The position numbers and the translations under genes were made by a program. 64,000 bases of DNA from a virus: positions 5,534-69,533 of IMG/VR virus record IMGVR_UViG_2974595885_000001. One strand, written 5' to 3'. Below, in pieces: positions 48,201 to 57,390 of this stretch. Under the pieces are notes generated by a model that made no database searches, was not told the DNA's origin, and saw only the letters and a list, made by a program, of their open reading frames with translations. The number at the start of each line of letters is the position of its first letter. The first letter of the stretch is position 1.

Positions 48201-51200
48201 CAACCGCACCTTCGAACGGTTTTGAGTGTTTGCCACCTCTGCGAAAGGTTCACCAATTTGGAAACCCAGAGGTTTTTCGTTGAACAGAGCTTCACGAACA
48301 GTATTCGGAGTCCCCTTCACTTTCTCTTCAGCATAGCGAGCCTTGGCAGTGTCGAGAGCTTTGGTTTTGACGTAGATACCCTTGGTGGTTTGTTTCACAC
48401 CATCCACAAGAGTAGGAACGTCACGCAGTTCGATGATACCACCGTCAGCAGCGACAGTGAGCATCTCAGCAACCAGACCTTCAACAACACCGGTCAGCAT
48501 GTCGATAGGAGCGTTCTTGTTCTCACGGACATTCCACAGACGGAGTACCTGACCAGAGATTTCCTCCAGTGCATTCTGCGAAGGAACCGAACCAACCAGA
48601 TTCTCGAACTCTTCTTGAGTTGGTTTCACTTCCATCAGGCTGTCACGAACTTCATTCAGCATCGACGGAGTAGCATTGAGGATCCAGTCAGATACGACCA
48701 GACCAGCCAATTCAACCATCTCAGCGTTGTAGTTCCCAGTGGTAGGATCGATCACAGCAGTGTTCCGGTATTCACGCAACTCACTGAATTTACGACCATT
48801 CTTGTCTGTGGTTCCTTCCAGAGTATGTTGACGAGCAGACAGTTTCTTTCCACCGAAAGAGGTAGTCACATTGTCCAGACGGGCTTCCATTTTACGGACC
48901 CAACGAGGAACCATCTGACCAGCAAAACGAGCCAGATATGGGTTTGCTTTCACGTTCTGAGCAAAGTCGTCGATGTTCTGAACAGGACGATCACCATCTT
49001 GCTCCTGATATGTTGCGGAGAAAACCTCAGTAACCACCGCATCAGGAGTATCGATGTCTTCAGAAACAACCTCTTCATCAGATTGGTTGTCACGAGCAGC
49101 AACAGTCCCATCAAAGTCAGGGTTTGTTTGGTGGATCTGAGACCCCTTGGAAGCGATCACCATAGCCTCATTGTCGTTGAACAGGAGAATGGAGTCATTC
49201 CCATCACGATCACGAGCCTCTTTCAGACGCATGTTGTTCTGCATCCAGAAGTCATAGGGATCGATGTTGTTTCCGACATGTTGTGCCAGAGGATTGGCCA
49301 GTTCCACTTCAGCCTCAATGAGACGAGCAGTACCAGAACCGTCACCACGAGCGAATTCCCGTGCCAGACCTTTACGAGTGGTCAGGAACGTTTCGCCATC
49401 CCGGAATGTGGCAAAGTCAGCATTTGTGCCATGGTAGAACTTGGTGCGTTCACCAGAGGCTTCATCAACAAGGAAGTCACCATCACCTTCGATAGTGGTG
49501 GCAGCATCTTCAGAAGCCTGCAGTTCAGAGTTTTCCAGAGCATCAGCGATTTCTGCCTCCACAACCTCCGCTGCGGCGTCGGTTGCTTCGTCAGTCCGGG
49601 GAGTTTCTTCAACAGTATCAGTTGCTTGGTTTTGCTCCTCATCTGTTGACACTCCCTCGGCGGGGGCCTCGGAAGTATCCCCAGTTTCGTCGTTTGTCCG
49701 GGGAGTGGTGTCTGTTTGTTCGCCATCCGCGTAATCGATTAGACTGTCAGCAACGTCCAGAGTCTCTCCGGGTGAAACAGTCAGGTCTTCTGCCTTGGCA
49801 AGCTCAATGGGGGTGAACTTGTCGAATGAACCAAACAGATCAGGGAATGTGGCCTGAACTTGGTTATAGACCTCAACAGCAGTATTCAGGTCCGAAGCGA
49901 CACGTTCAGCAAACGCAACCGAAGAAGGATTGCTACGGTTATAGCGAACAGGTTTCGCTCCACCTTCTGCACCTGCAGGTACGAATTTAGTACCACCAAC
50001 CAAGGACTCGAAGTGAACAAGAGGGCCACGGCCATCAGAGTTATTTCGGTTAAAGCTGTCATTGAGAGCCTCCACTTTATTGCTCATGTGACGAACGAAG
50101 TTTCCAAACTCAGCCATGATTTGGGTAGCAGGAATCTCAACACCACGAGAGTTGACGATTGCTCCAGTCGGGGACTGAGCAGCAGAGAAGATGTCAGAAG
50201 CAAAGTCATTCACAGAACGAAGCGAACGACCAGCACGGTCCACATAACCATTGGCAAGGATACTGCGAGATGTATCAGCCTGTGATCCAGCAGCTTTTGT
50301 GGGTTTTCCAGCCCGTGTCAGGCTGATGTTCTCTGCTTCATTGATCTGAACGTTTGTCTCTACAGCTTTGTTCACTGTAGCAGCAATCTTGCTGGCAGAC
50401 TGAAGGATCTTCACATCTGCATCAGAGATCTGACCAACATTCTGTTCAAGAATCCGAGTAGCAGTTTCAGGATTCACTGCAGCAGGATTGGTACGAGCCA
50501 GAGCAAGAGTTTCCTCTTCCACCACAGGAGTGATGGTTTCCACAGGATCAGCAGTATTCTGGTCGATGGTATTCAGATTGGCTTCCAGTTCCTGAACAAC
50601 AGGTTGAGCCAAAACATTCATGATCCGATCTTTGGCCAAACCACTCATAGAAGCAGCAGCCTGACGGAGACGAGTCACCTGTTCAGCGAACACAGCCTTG
50701 TTCCCATCGAAGTCACGACGAGTACCCCGGAAAACAGCTTCCAGAGACTGTTCCACATCAGCAGTTACTTCTGGTTCAGCAATGACGGCAGCAGCCGCTT
50801 CATTCACAGCAGAACGAACCTCATCCCGTTCACCACGACGTTCATCCACCCGATCAGCAACAGCAGATGCAGCTTCCTGACCACGTTGGATCAGACCAGT
50901 ACGTCCCTCAGTGCCAAGGAAGGCATTACGGACAGGATCAGAGTATGTGCCTTCAGTACCGTAGAGAAGATCTGTGGCACCCTGTACGACGGCTTCTCCG
51001 GTCCCTTGGATCGTTGCAGGAGCAGAGGTAACACCAGCCATACCCAGACCACCAATGGCACCCAGAGCAGCTTGTTCACCCACTCCATCAAGGAGAGAAC
51101 CATCACGAACACCTACTTCATTCTGGACGTAGTTCCCGACCAGAGCAGAGTTTGCACCTTGTCCTGCTTCTTCAGCAGTCTGTGCAATGGCTGTACGGAG

Positions 51201-52262
51201 ACCACCTGCAACACCAGCACCACGGAAACTCCGAATTGGCATGGCTTCAAAACGAGCAGTCAGAACACCCAGAGCAATACTTGCAGGGAGAGCAGAGACG
51301 AAAGCAGTCTCACCGGTCAAACCAGCAAGTTCAACACGAGCACGGGCAGTATCACCCTCATATTCTTCCAGCAGTGCCTGATAAACCGAAGAGTTCATCA
51401 GTTCTTCTTCAGGAAGATCCAGAATGGTGGAAACCGTCTCAGAGTATGTCCCAGAGGCTTCAACAGCACCAATACCCAGAGCAGAGCCTGTGTAGTGTGC
51501 AACCTGCAGAGCACGGGGAGAGTTCGTCAGAAGAGCAGTACCTGCAACAGAAGCACCACCTGTGGCACCTGCGATGATTGCCGAAGGAATCAGGGAACCA
51601 ACACCCTCAGAGACAACCTGACCAGTCAGAGCACCATCACGGAGAGTACGTTCACCAGCGTTGTATGCGTCACGACCAACTCGACGTAGAGCAGCAGCAA
51701 AAGGATCTGCACCTTCTTCCACTTCACGTTGGAATTGAGCCTCGGAGTCCTGTGCATCCAGAACACCTTCGATAGCTGCAAAACGTTGTTTCTCAAGAAC
51801 AGTTTCGGAGAGATTTTCCTGAGAAACACCTCCCCAAATATCATTCCAAGTATCTACAGTAGCGGCAGCTTCAGACCGACCAGTAGTGTTAGGATCGCCA
51901 TCAAGCTCACCAGCAATGTATCCCGCTCCTGCACCAAGAACAGTAGTAGCTGTACGACCCAGAGCGACAGAAGCACCCACGAATGAATCAGAAATAGCTT
52001 CACCCCATGTACGTGATGCTCGATCCGACTCTGCAAGACGATTAGTTCCGTCACGAAGTCGAAACCGATTTCTTGCAACCTCGTCACCATATGCGTTCCG
52101 AATTTCGCCATAGCTCATCTCCTCAAGATCACGGAGCACCTGTTCGCGCTCAAGCAGATCATTACCGCGTGCAGAGTTTACTGCAAGAGTATCCTGCGTA
52201 TTCGTGTCGTTCAGGATACCAGCGATGATTTCATCAGATGTAAGAGGAGTGTCTTGTGCCAT
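42204..52262 (-). CDS. Virion-encapsidated RNA polymerase (vRNAP, N4 gp50-like)
   Basis: 3352 aa. Motif A ELDGLTNG, motif B RNTAKNPMTKVNYG, motif C IFDGID. No Cys noticed on reading, as expected for vRNAPs. Confidence 0.96.
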   Translation of the reverse strand: MAQDTPLTSDEIIAGILNDTNTQDTLAVNSARGNDLLEREQVLRDLEEMSYGEIRNAYGDEVARNRFRLRDGTNRLAESDRASRTWGEAISDSFVGASVALGRTATTVLGAGAGYIAGELDGDPNTTGRSEAAATVDTWNDIWGGVSQENLSETVLEKQRFAAIEGVLDAQDSEAQFQREVEEGADPFAAALRRVGRDAYNAGERTLRDGALTGQVVSEGVGSLIPSAIIAGATGGASVAGTALLTNSPRALQVAHYTGSALGIGAVEASGTYSETVSTILDLPEEELMNSSVYQALLEEYEGDTARARVELAGLTGETAFVSALPASIALGVLTARFEAMPIRSFRGAGVAGGLRTAIAQTAEEAGQGANSALVGNYVQNEVGVRDGSLLDGVGEQAALGAIGGLGMAGVTSAPATIQGTGEAVVQGATDLLYGTEGTYSDPVRNAFLGTEGRTGLIQRGQEAASAVADRVDERRGERDEVRSAVNEAAAAVIAEPEVTADVEQSLEAVFRGTRRDFDGNKAVFAEQVTRLRQAAASMSGLAKDRIMNVLAQPVVQELEANLNTIDQNTADPVETITPVVEEETLALARTNPAAVNPETATRILEQNVGQISDADVKILQSASKIAATVNKAVETNVQINEAENISLTRAGKPTKAAGSQADTSRSILANGYVDRAGRSLRSVNDFASDIFSAAQSPTGAIVNSRGVEIPATQIMAEFGNFVRHMSNKVEALNDSFNRNNSDGRGPLVHFESLVGGTKFVPAGAEGGAKPVRYNRSNPSSVAFAERVASDLNTAVEVYNQVQATFPDLFGSFDKFTPIELAKAEDLTVSPGETLDVADSLIDYADGEQTDTTPRTNDETGDTSEAPAEGVSTDEEQNQATDTVEETPRTDEATDAAAEVVEAEIADALENSELQASEDAATTIEGDGDFLVDEASGERTKFYHGTNADFATFRDGETFLTTRKGLAREFARGDGSGTARLIEAEVELANPLAQHVGNNIDPYDFWMQNNMRLKEARDRDGNDSILLFNDNEAMVIASKGSQIHQTNPDFDGTVAARDNQSDEEVVSEDIDTPDAVVTEVFSATYQEQDGDRPVQNIDDFAQNVKANPYLARFAGQMVPRWVRKMEARLDNVTTSFGGKKLSARQHTLEGTTDKNGRKFSELREYRNTAVIDPTTGNYNAEMVELAGLVVSDWILNATPSMLNEVRDSLMEVKPTQEEFENLVGSVPSQNALEEISGQVLRLWNVRENKNAPIDMLTGVVEGLVAEMLTVAADGGIIELRDVPTLVDGVKQTTKGIYVKTKALDTAKARYAEEKVKGTPNTVREALFNEKPLGFQIGEPFAEVANTQNRSKVRLSATEKKALRAMQETPHYLNEGLADVADQMGDDLAFMLGWVNPDEIQNETLRKSVEGKNLSIEMGYADALQVIGEAETRDTPVYYSVGVTKVGRHQYQGINPQSNKILRALVAPNWATVNLNDKDQMDAFWLGVAQASDLFKIEKKNQAEILANVQDEFEARYGEAKAILKSYLQTGELQGNLGQAMGVVEMQQLAAVYAVAEAEFAMESGRETFDTSLSVELDGLTNGAANMMVNFGQGEISQEEFGNLQRIGLFLGETGRSINSFFGQGTNKDLYEKVSERSITHARNVYKALAKKPGKQAALEASMRFGAAFGNLKRHDDGRIEMTRNTAKNPMTKVNYGSGVKGVGIGVANDMLLEFYTKIQNIPNNVDYAEYFGYPEIQQDIRVLFGDTLPQGIDGAFEFPDSAIDQFQNQVGSTLGRVLAEATQQTIGDDIKTLNDLMVYSTNVQSAYLQVMMARKLAEYAPKNDKGDPVYSKIARADYEKAMAELETMSPLFTSDTQTLSIGGFEKTQSDLELSSSMTREFRQKSNLPFPSLPGVAAIPFTVIATGDAMMMNLIYSRVADKMPDTLPIFDGIDMPVTKIKEYAPLVNEQVAATWERDVFGMAAENFRGFLSNDLDQTALDEAIAIAQEKSEIEISNMQDLMVQLDQRHEAIKARKRVMKRLAKSVDQMGGSDVGFSQDGLELSRSEINELIRKELAGEKVQEDVRVPVKEFTAQALMKRMKGDPAVLKVIAPMIRPETRVVYGTLEQLNEYRIQNFPDDAQILKADANYDPNNDVIFLATKDPEAALHELVHAATMSRVLDHYNGNKHEAVEQLEALMDEFMGDDTIDAPQAKAAVLRNQTNTTPEAKAAALNEFMAWGLTNMKTRKALESKSPILKLAQKVVQLMKRIVGVPANMFDELVFATGYLGQPPVPPVEDGGEGSGPFSGKPTGYWIDMVKNWIDDMNVKSTPANGGQRSQNAQDVVDFHDEADRIINDLGQSNLLRGAEARANFRAVYIIMRAGLPTNTQMEGGLTKILNHVMENLNMADARQTQEIQSLMDRESDHGPLAAFLSLTQSSRQFREALGEIPAPEGENAKAESLPDFITGAVDYTVRKLTQKVDVEGDLLSVVDNLARSLHKVDTSREYGVLDGLTRSFDKADEFVSGAMSQLAEITDRKREKIMEENSNLIVRGLANAVTSVTNMLDADRAELQAAATQHQMNRIPFFDTVIGQPIRSFVNEVIGSTDDNKGLIQKLDEVNFRVVWARQQIRDRIPAILRNRFTDDREMAQTMNTQIAKTDLASIASREGAGNAVRLLTDAAYFNQRMNDAQAQIGVLYGSRASAVEAKADQLANFMVNGVPGKFLQRNAFAIARLENPEIDGVDIIDEYVTLKALELAGGDADLQQYVMDNEEAAQGLLNWLNHMNQEEETGATQISGMARMNHYKGYQPMVSKGGSRIKIDTAASEAALKAKGWRKVQDIETGLPTGFTMAYFVNDTAQQNYSQGVLQNAGQTFKGVDKVTGQSTFGTDAMEVDVTEQLVNFYNSDLSADETEFYAPVYGPDGTIEGFEFLHNREVMENALELENDIFTLSGIKYGRTFEENASVEFNKGTVEHLASLWHNRDNDTSEEFVNLKTSKNPQHREAYRLMPQYVKDYADEQFGEDTGFMVRKDHVDLSVGYREASVTDIWTGQNNMPAEVNKGARQVAQMLMGKNAMRWLAQGERALEETVSNVKSTIIIKSVQVAYQNAVSNVWQLANQGVPIKAILKGTRDKIAELQEFEKIGVQIMDLSVEREVNPRKRVTIDRKISALEERRNRMSIAPMIEAGQFKNLVEGLTEQGEYNKDWEQQLIDLAEKHGGERGRKAARVALISKDTKFYKFMNTSTQYGDLVAKSIYYDHLIAQGLEKEEALAKMNNNFINYGILPGRVRSLLERMGGTWFFAYKIRAAKVAMRMMRENPVRSLTMQMAGPDVGNPVDDNIFTIGADRLDFSTGTEMFFTAPEMHPWAVIAGWN

Positions 52263-52323
52263 GGGGAGATGTCCTAGCAGTGAATTAACCTGCTAGGACC
52301 AATCTCATAAACTATCGCTCAGA

Positions 52324-54240
52324 TCAAGGGCGAATGGCATTCAGTTGTGTACGGGCCACATCGATCTGTGCTTGGATAGCAGCATGTTGAGGAGTACCCG
52401 GTTCAGCTTTGGCAAGCTGAGTTTCCAGAGATTGGATCTGGCTCCGAAGAGTATTGAGTTGACCTCGTGTGGTTCCGTCTTGAAGCAGACCTTCCACACC
52501 ACGGCCATAATTCTCTTCACCGAAGAACTGTTGAGCATAGGAGTCAACGACTTCTTCAGGGAAACGGTTTGCCAGAGTATTCCGCCAACCACCATTACCT
52601 TCACCATCGAACCAGCCCGGATCACGGTCAAATGCACGAGCCATTGCTGCAGCAGCTTGGCTTTCGGAGATGTTGTTCCGACGTGCAGTATCCCGGATCA
52701 TTGTACGAAGTTGGTTGTCATCGAAACCACTCTCACCAAACATACCCAGAATAGCACCCGGATTCTGACCATCAGAACCAAGACGCAAGTGATCAATGAG
52801 GCTTGCAGTCGGATCTTCCTGCCACTCAGTAGCCTGACGAATTGCAGAGGCTTGTGGGTCAGCAGCTTGACGACGTTCGATCTCAGCATTGACTGTAGCT
52901 GCAACAACCTCATCTTCCCGACCTTCAGGGGTAACAGGAGCAGAAGGATTGAGCAGAGAACCTTGTTCAGTTCCACCAGTCTGATTGATCAAACCAAGCA
53001 TCTCATCGACACGTTGAGCGTTCTCAGTTGCAGTGAAACGATCATCAGCCAAAACGGCAGCAATAGCCTGATCTGCAGATGTGATGTTTGGATCTTGAAG
53101 GATCGATTGGAGACCTGCAGCAGATTGTTCTGCAACGATTTCTCGGTCACGAGCTTCCAGTTCACCAGTACGAGTTTCCTCTGCTTCACGAACACCAGAC
53201 AACATCCGGTCGATCTCAGCAGCAGTAAACAAACCAGTTTCTTCCAACTGACTGCGAACTGCATCACGGGGGTTATCCCGAACAGCAATCCGAGTATTTG
53301 CAGAAGCTGAACCGTCAATAGGACCAGTATTCCCAACAGGAGTGGCACCGGGGTTTCCATCACCGAAACCGAACCAGTGATTACCACGACGCTGGAAGGA
53401 GTTGTTGAACCACGAAGGCTGAGAAACATTGTAGTTGACGTAGTGAGTTGCACCACCAGTTTGGTCTTCATATTGACCAGACAAGATAGTACGAGCAGCA
53501 CGTAGAGCTTCTTCACTTGGAGTAAAGTTCATGTTCTGACCTTGCTCACCACCTGCATACCCTGTGACAGAGTTCCAAGCAGAGAACTGACCCGGACGCA
53601 TGATAACGCCTTCGACACCCTCACCATAACGGCCTGTGGCTGCACGGTTACGGATGACCGAACCAACATCCAACATACCTTGATAACCTTCAGAACCTGC
53701 CTCTGCTTGCAGAGTACGAGCCAGAAGAAGTTCAAGGCTTTGGTTCGATTCAATGGGGCCTATGGCTTCACCGTATTCACGACCGAATTCAACAGCATCG
53801 TTGATTGCACCAGCAGCAGAACGTTCAGCATCACGACGGGCAACAGCATCTTGCCATTCAGAAGCAGTACGAGCTTCTTGTGCCAGACGGATACCAGTTC
53901 CTGCACGGGTAGAGGCTGTACGAGCACGAGTACCATCATCATTGATGAAACCAGTACGCATACCAAGAACATGATCTCGCATACTCTTGGAAATACCACG
54001 ACCGTTCAGACCACCTCCATCAACGAAGGCATCAAATTCAGCTTCATTCCCCAGACCAGCAAGATCTGCGAGAAGTGCGTTGTCAGCCAGTTCTTCCTGA
54101 CCGCTTGCATATTGTTCGAGAATCCCACCGGCAGAATCAAATGCACGGTTAAAGGAATCATTGGCTTGTGCCATAGCAGCAGAAGAACCGGAGAAGTCCG
54201 GTCCTGCTACTTGACGCCACTGAAGACGAGGATCTGCCAT
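52324..54240 (-). CDS. Ejection/internal virion protein with a SleB-like (Hydrolase_2) cell wall hydrolase domain
   Basis: LARTLQAEAG...VIRNR...VIMRPGQFSAWN...TGGATHY...GNHWF, immediately upstream of vRNAP. Confidence 0.82.
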   Translation of the reverse strand: MADPRLQWRQVAGPDFSGSSAAMAQANDSFNRAFDSAGGILEQYASGQEELADNALLADLAGLGNEAEFDAFVDGGGLNGRGISKSMRDHVLGMRTGFINDDGTRARTASTRAGTGIRLAQEARTASEWQDAVARRDAERSAAGAINDAVEFGREYGEAIGPIESNQSLELLLARTLQAEAGSEGYQGMLDVGSVIRNRAATGRYGEGVEGVIMRPGQFSAWNSVTGYAGGEQGQNMNFTPSEEALRAARTILSGQYEDQTGGATHYVNYNVSQPSWFNNSFQRRGNHWFGFGDGNPGATPVGNTGPIDGSASANTRIAVRDNPRDAVRSQLEETGLFTAAEIDRMLSGVREAEETRTGELEARDREIVAEQSAAGLQSILQDPNITSADQAIAAVLADDRFTATENAQRVDEMLGLINQTGGTEQGSLLNPSAPVTPEGREDEVVAATVNAEIERRQAADPQASAIRQATEWQEDPTASLIDHLRLGSDGQNPGAILGMFGESGFDDNQLRTMIRDTARRNNISESQAAAAMARAFDRDPGWFDGEGNGGWRNTLANRFPEEVVDSYAQQFFGEENYGRGVEGLLQDGTTRGQLNTLRSQIQSLETQLAKAEPGTPQHAAIQAQIDVARTQLNAIRP

Positions 54241-54251
54241 GTGGGATCTCC

Positions 54252-54671
54252 TTACAGGCTGTGCTCTTCAAGATACTGATCGGCCTCACCCGAGGAACGA
54301 CCCTCAGTGTGGTAACGAGCACGAATTCGATCTTCCAGAGCCGTGTTGTATGTTTGTGTTTGGTTTGCGAGGTTCGTTTGGAATGCTTCCTTCTGAAATG
54401 CAAACTGTTGTTTGGCAAGTTTGTTTTGCTGATAGGAGTTCCAGAGGTTGCCCAGAGCTTGGACACCACCGAGGATCATCCCGACATTACCGGCAAAACC
54501 ACGACCAGAAAAACCACCAGTTGTACCGGTCATGGGTTCGACTTGGACACCCATCCAGTTGGTGGAAGTTGTTGGGGCAGCAGCCCCATTCACGGCAGCA
54601 CCTGCAGTTGTTGCAGGGTTTTGGACAGCAGCGGGAGCAGCAGACTGTGTGTTATTGAACCAATTGAACAT
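54252..54671 (-). CDS. Small ejection/structural protein (N4 gp52-like)
   Basis: 139 aa, Ala/Gly/Gln-rich with a hydrophobic ILGGVQALG segment; synteny. Confidence 0.7.
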   Translation of the reverse strand: MFNWFNNTQSAAPAAVQNPATTAGAAVNGAAAPTTSTNWMGVQVEPMTGTTGGFSGRGFAGNVGMILGGVQALGNLWNSYQQNKLAKQQFAFQKEAFQTNLANQTQTYNTALEDRIRARYHTEGRSSGEADQYLEEHSL

Positions 54672-54682
54672 GAGTCTCTCCT

Positions 54683-57388
54683 TTAGTTCTTGGGCAGGGT
54701 TCTTTGGATTTCAGCGTAGTCACTCACCATGGCAAGTGTAATCTCAACAAGATCTGTTCCTGTCATGGTAGTTCGCTGGATAAACTGATCTGCAGTTTCA
54801 GGGAGATAACCTCCAGAACCCGATCCGCCATTGCCTCTTGCGCTATCTGTAAAGAACATGGGGTTGAAATTCAAATCGTTTCCTCCGAGGGAGGCGATCA
54901 AGTCATTGATACGATCCATCTCTTTCTCGTAGTCTTCTCGATCCTCTGCCATGTCATCATACATCTCCATGGCTTCACCTTGGAGGTATCCAGCATATCC
55001 GTTGGCCAGAGCATTGGCGAAACCAAAGATGTTCTGTGCAGAGAAGAGAGGAGCACCTGACATTGCCACACCAAGGGCAAAGGATGCGATTGCAGCAAAT
55101 ACTGCACCCCATTTTTCTCCGAAGAGTTCTACAGCAACAACAGACAGAAGCTGAGAGATGATGATTGAAGCGATGTAGTTTGCAACCACACCAGCAACAA
55201 GGGCAGCAGTACCTGTCAAACCAAGTGCAGTACCAATGGCCAAATTACCACCGAGAATGCCCCCACCAGCAGCAAATGCACCGGGGAAGGCAACCACAGC
55301 AATCACGATCACCAGAATGACCAGCAGGATTTTGAAGATACCTCGCTGATACCATTTCTGTTTCGTCACAGTGTAGGAGTTAAACAGGATATGGGTGTTG
55401 GCCGTAGCCATCTGGGTATAGTCCACAATCCCCATAGCCTTCATGGTAGGGTAATGGAGAGGAACCACGAAACCAGACTCATCATCGTCATCCAGAGCTT
55501 CACTGGAGGAGATCTTCACTGATTTCCCACCATAGATGTAGTTCTGATGAAGAGCACCCCAGACAGTCGTTTTCTCATAGGTGTCAGAGTCGATCTGGAA
55601 ATACACTTCAAAAGAAGGGATGGTGTGAGTTTCATATCGGTATGTGGTTTCATCTCGACCTTGAAGACCAACACGTTCCTGCCAAGTGACAGTCTCACCT
55701 TTGACGATCAGACATTCCCCTTGTTTGGAGTTCCGTTCCACAGAAACCCCATTATCTGGATCCAGATAGTCATAGGTTCCGTTGATGACTTCAGTTTCCA
55801 CATGGATAAAGGGAACTCGAATATCGAACCCCATACCACCATTGAAAGCAGTCAGACGAATAGTTGTAGTTGGTGGTTCAGACCGGTTCGGACGAACAGG
55901 AGGAGGAGTATTTTTTGCAGATGTCCAATTACTCTCACTGTTCTGTGCCTGTTGCCATGCAGCATAATCAATCTCCCATTGCTCATAAGCAGCAATGGCA
56001 TCTTTCAGATCATCGATAGCATTGAACGAAGAGTTCTGAATTGGAATCATCGACTTGTAATACTCTTGGACATACCGACGAGCAGAATAATCCCGTGCAT
56101 TTAGAGAAACCCCATAGATCATATAGGCATAGTCGATATCGTCGATAGAATCATTATCCTCGACTAGATCAACGAGCTTTGAGAAGGACTCACCATCTGT
56201 GGCCCTCCGATATGCTTTCTTGGTTTCGTCATAAACACCGTTAGTGTCATACGGAGCTTCCGTTATAGACTTGTTATCAATTCGAATGGGCAGGAAAGGG
56301 TAAAACTCTTGGTAGTTCTGTGCATCGGCATTTGTAGCCAAAGCATCAAGAGTAGCGTTGCCAGACCCAATCTCGTAGATGAAATACCTTTCCCCATCCA
56401 CGACTTCGTTTGTGTAGACTGTTTGTGTTTCATAGGTCTCATCCCAAGCTGTCGTCACCTGCTCCCCAGTCGTAGTACGAGTGGTGGTGATAATCAAACC
56501 AGCAGGACCATTCTCAGTCGTTGTCGTGACGTGATGGTAATCATTCGTTACGTGGTCATCTCCAACGTAGATGTAACGCTGGACTTCACCCTGAAGGCTG
56601 GAACCAACAAGATCTTGAACCACAGTCCGTTCAAAGGTTTCCTCGCTCCGATACATCTCCTGATCTGTCAGAGAGGAGTCTTCGTAGGATGTCGTGGAAG
56701 GAGTCCCATCATTGTAGGACACAACCACTTCAGTCTCACGAGTGAGGTCTGTCAGAACGAAGGAAGGGTTGTCTACGGTTTTGTCCCACCCGGTAGTATC
56801 TGCTTGGGAGAAAACTCGACCATTGGGAGTTGTTTCTACCGGTTCAGAGGATTCTTCGACATAGAAATAATACTTGGCTTCCAGATACTGTTTGTTCGTC
56901 GAGAACGAAGCATCTGTGAAGTTGTAGACAGTTCCATCTTCAGTCTGGACCACGAATTGCCCATTATCGTAATCACCAACCCACTCTTTGGTCAGTTCTT
57001 CTGGATGGTTTTCAGCCAACCAACGTTCCAAGAAAGGTTGAGGATCACCAGCAGAAATGAATGCCTGTTGAACCGATACCTCATACCCTTCTGGGTTAGG
57101 TATAAATGGGACCACAGCATTCGCATCCACAGAGGAGGTATTGGTAATCGTGGTTTGAGGTAAACCAACAAGATTATTCCGATCAGCATACCGAAAGAAG
57201 TGACGCTGACGCATACCCGGACCTTTGAAATAAGATCCTGTGATGTCATCAGCGATAGAGGGATTGTTCGCCATCACCGAAGAAAACAGCGTACCCTTGA
57301 GGTAGTTAGGCCGGTCCTCTTCAGGACCAGCCAGATTGTAGATTGTGGAAGATACGTTGATGATCTTCTTGCTGGAAAACAGACCCAT
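54683..57388 (-). CDS. Structural protein (N4 gp53-like)
   Basis: 901 aa, MGLFSSKKIINVSS start, C-terminal hydrophobic helices; synteny. Confidence 0.75.
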   Translation of the reverse strand: MGLFSSKKIINVSSTIYNLAGPEEDRPNYLKGTLFSSVMANNPSIADDITGSYFKGPGMRQRHFFRYADRNNLVGLPQTTITNTSSVDANAVVPFIPNPEGYEVSVQQAFISAGDPQPFLERWLAENHPEELTKEWVGDYDNGQFVVQTEDGTVYNFTDASFSTNKQYLEAKYYFYVEESSEPVETTPNGRVFSQADTTGWDKTVDNPSFVLTDLTRETEVVVSYNDGTPSTTSYEDSSLTDQEMYRSEETFERTVVQDLVGSSLQGEVQRYIYVGDDHVTNDYHHVTTTTENGPAGLIITTTRTTTGEQVTTAWDETYETQTVYTNEVVDGERYFIYEIGSGNATLDALATNADAQNYQEFYPFLPIRIDNKSITEAPYDTNGVYDETKKAYRRATDGESFSKLVDLVEDNDSIDDIDYAYMIYGVSLNARDYSARRYVQEYYKSMIPIQNSSFNAIDDLKDAIAAYEQWEIDYAAWQQAQNSESNWTSAKNTPPPVRPNRSEPPTTTIRLTAFNGGMGFDIRVPFIHVETEVINGTYDYLDPDNGVSVERNSKQGECLIVKGETVTWQERVGLQGRDETTYRYETHTIPSFEVYFQIDSDTYEKTTVWGALHQNYIYGGKSVKISSSEALDDDDESGFVVPLHYPTMKAMGIVDYTQMATANTHILFNSYTVTKQKWYQRGIFKILLVILVIVIAVVAFPGAFAAGGGILGGNLAIGTALGLTGTAALVAGVVANYIASIIISQLLSVVAVELFGEKWGAVFAAIASFALGVAMSGAPLFSAQNIFGFANALANGYAGYLQGEAMEMYDDMAEDREDYEKEMDRINDLIASLGGNDLNFNPMFFTDSARGNGGSGSGGYLPETADQFIQRTTMTGTDLVEITLAMVSDYAEIQRTLPKN

Positions 57389-57390
57389 GA

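Noticed and set aside
46956-49649. 897-aa + strand ORF, and other long ORFs (42234-43610, 43914-45011, 45048-46688, 50604-51689) opposite vRNAP
   Set aside because: These are antisense shadows in codon register with the real gene. The phage seldom uses TTA/CTA/TCA codons, so the reverse frame lacks stops. They have no RBS or recognisable motifs.
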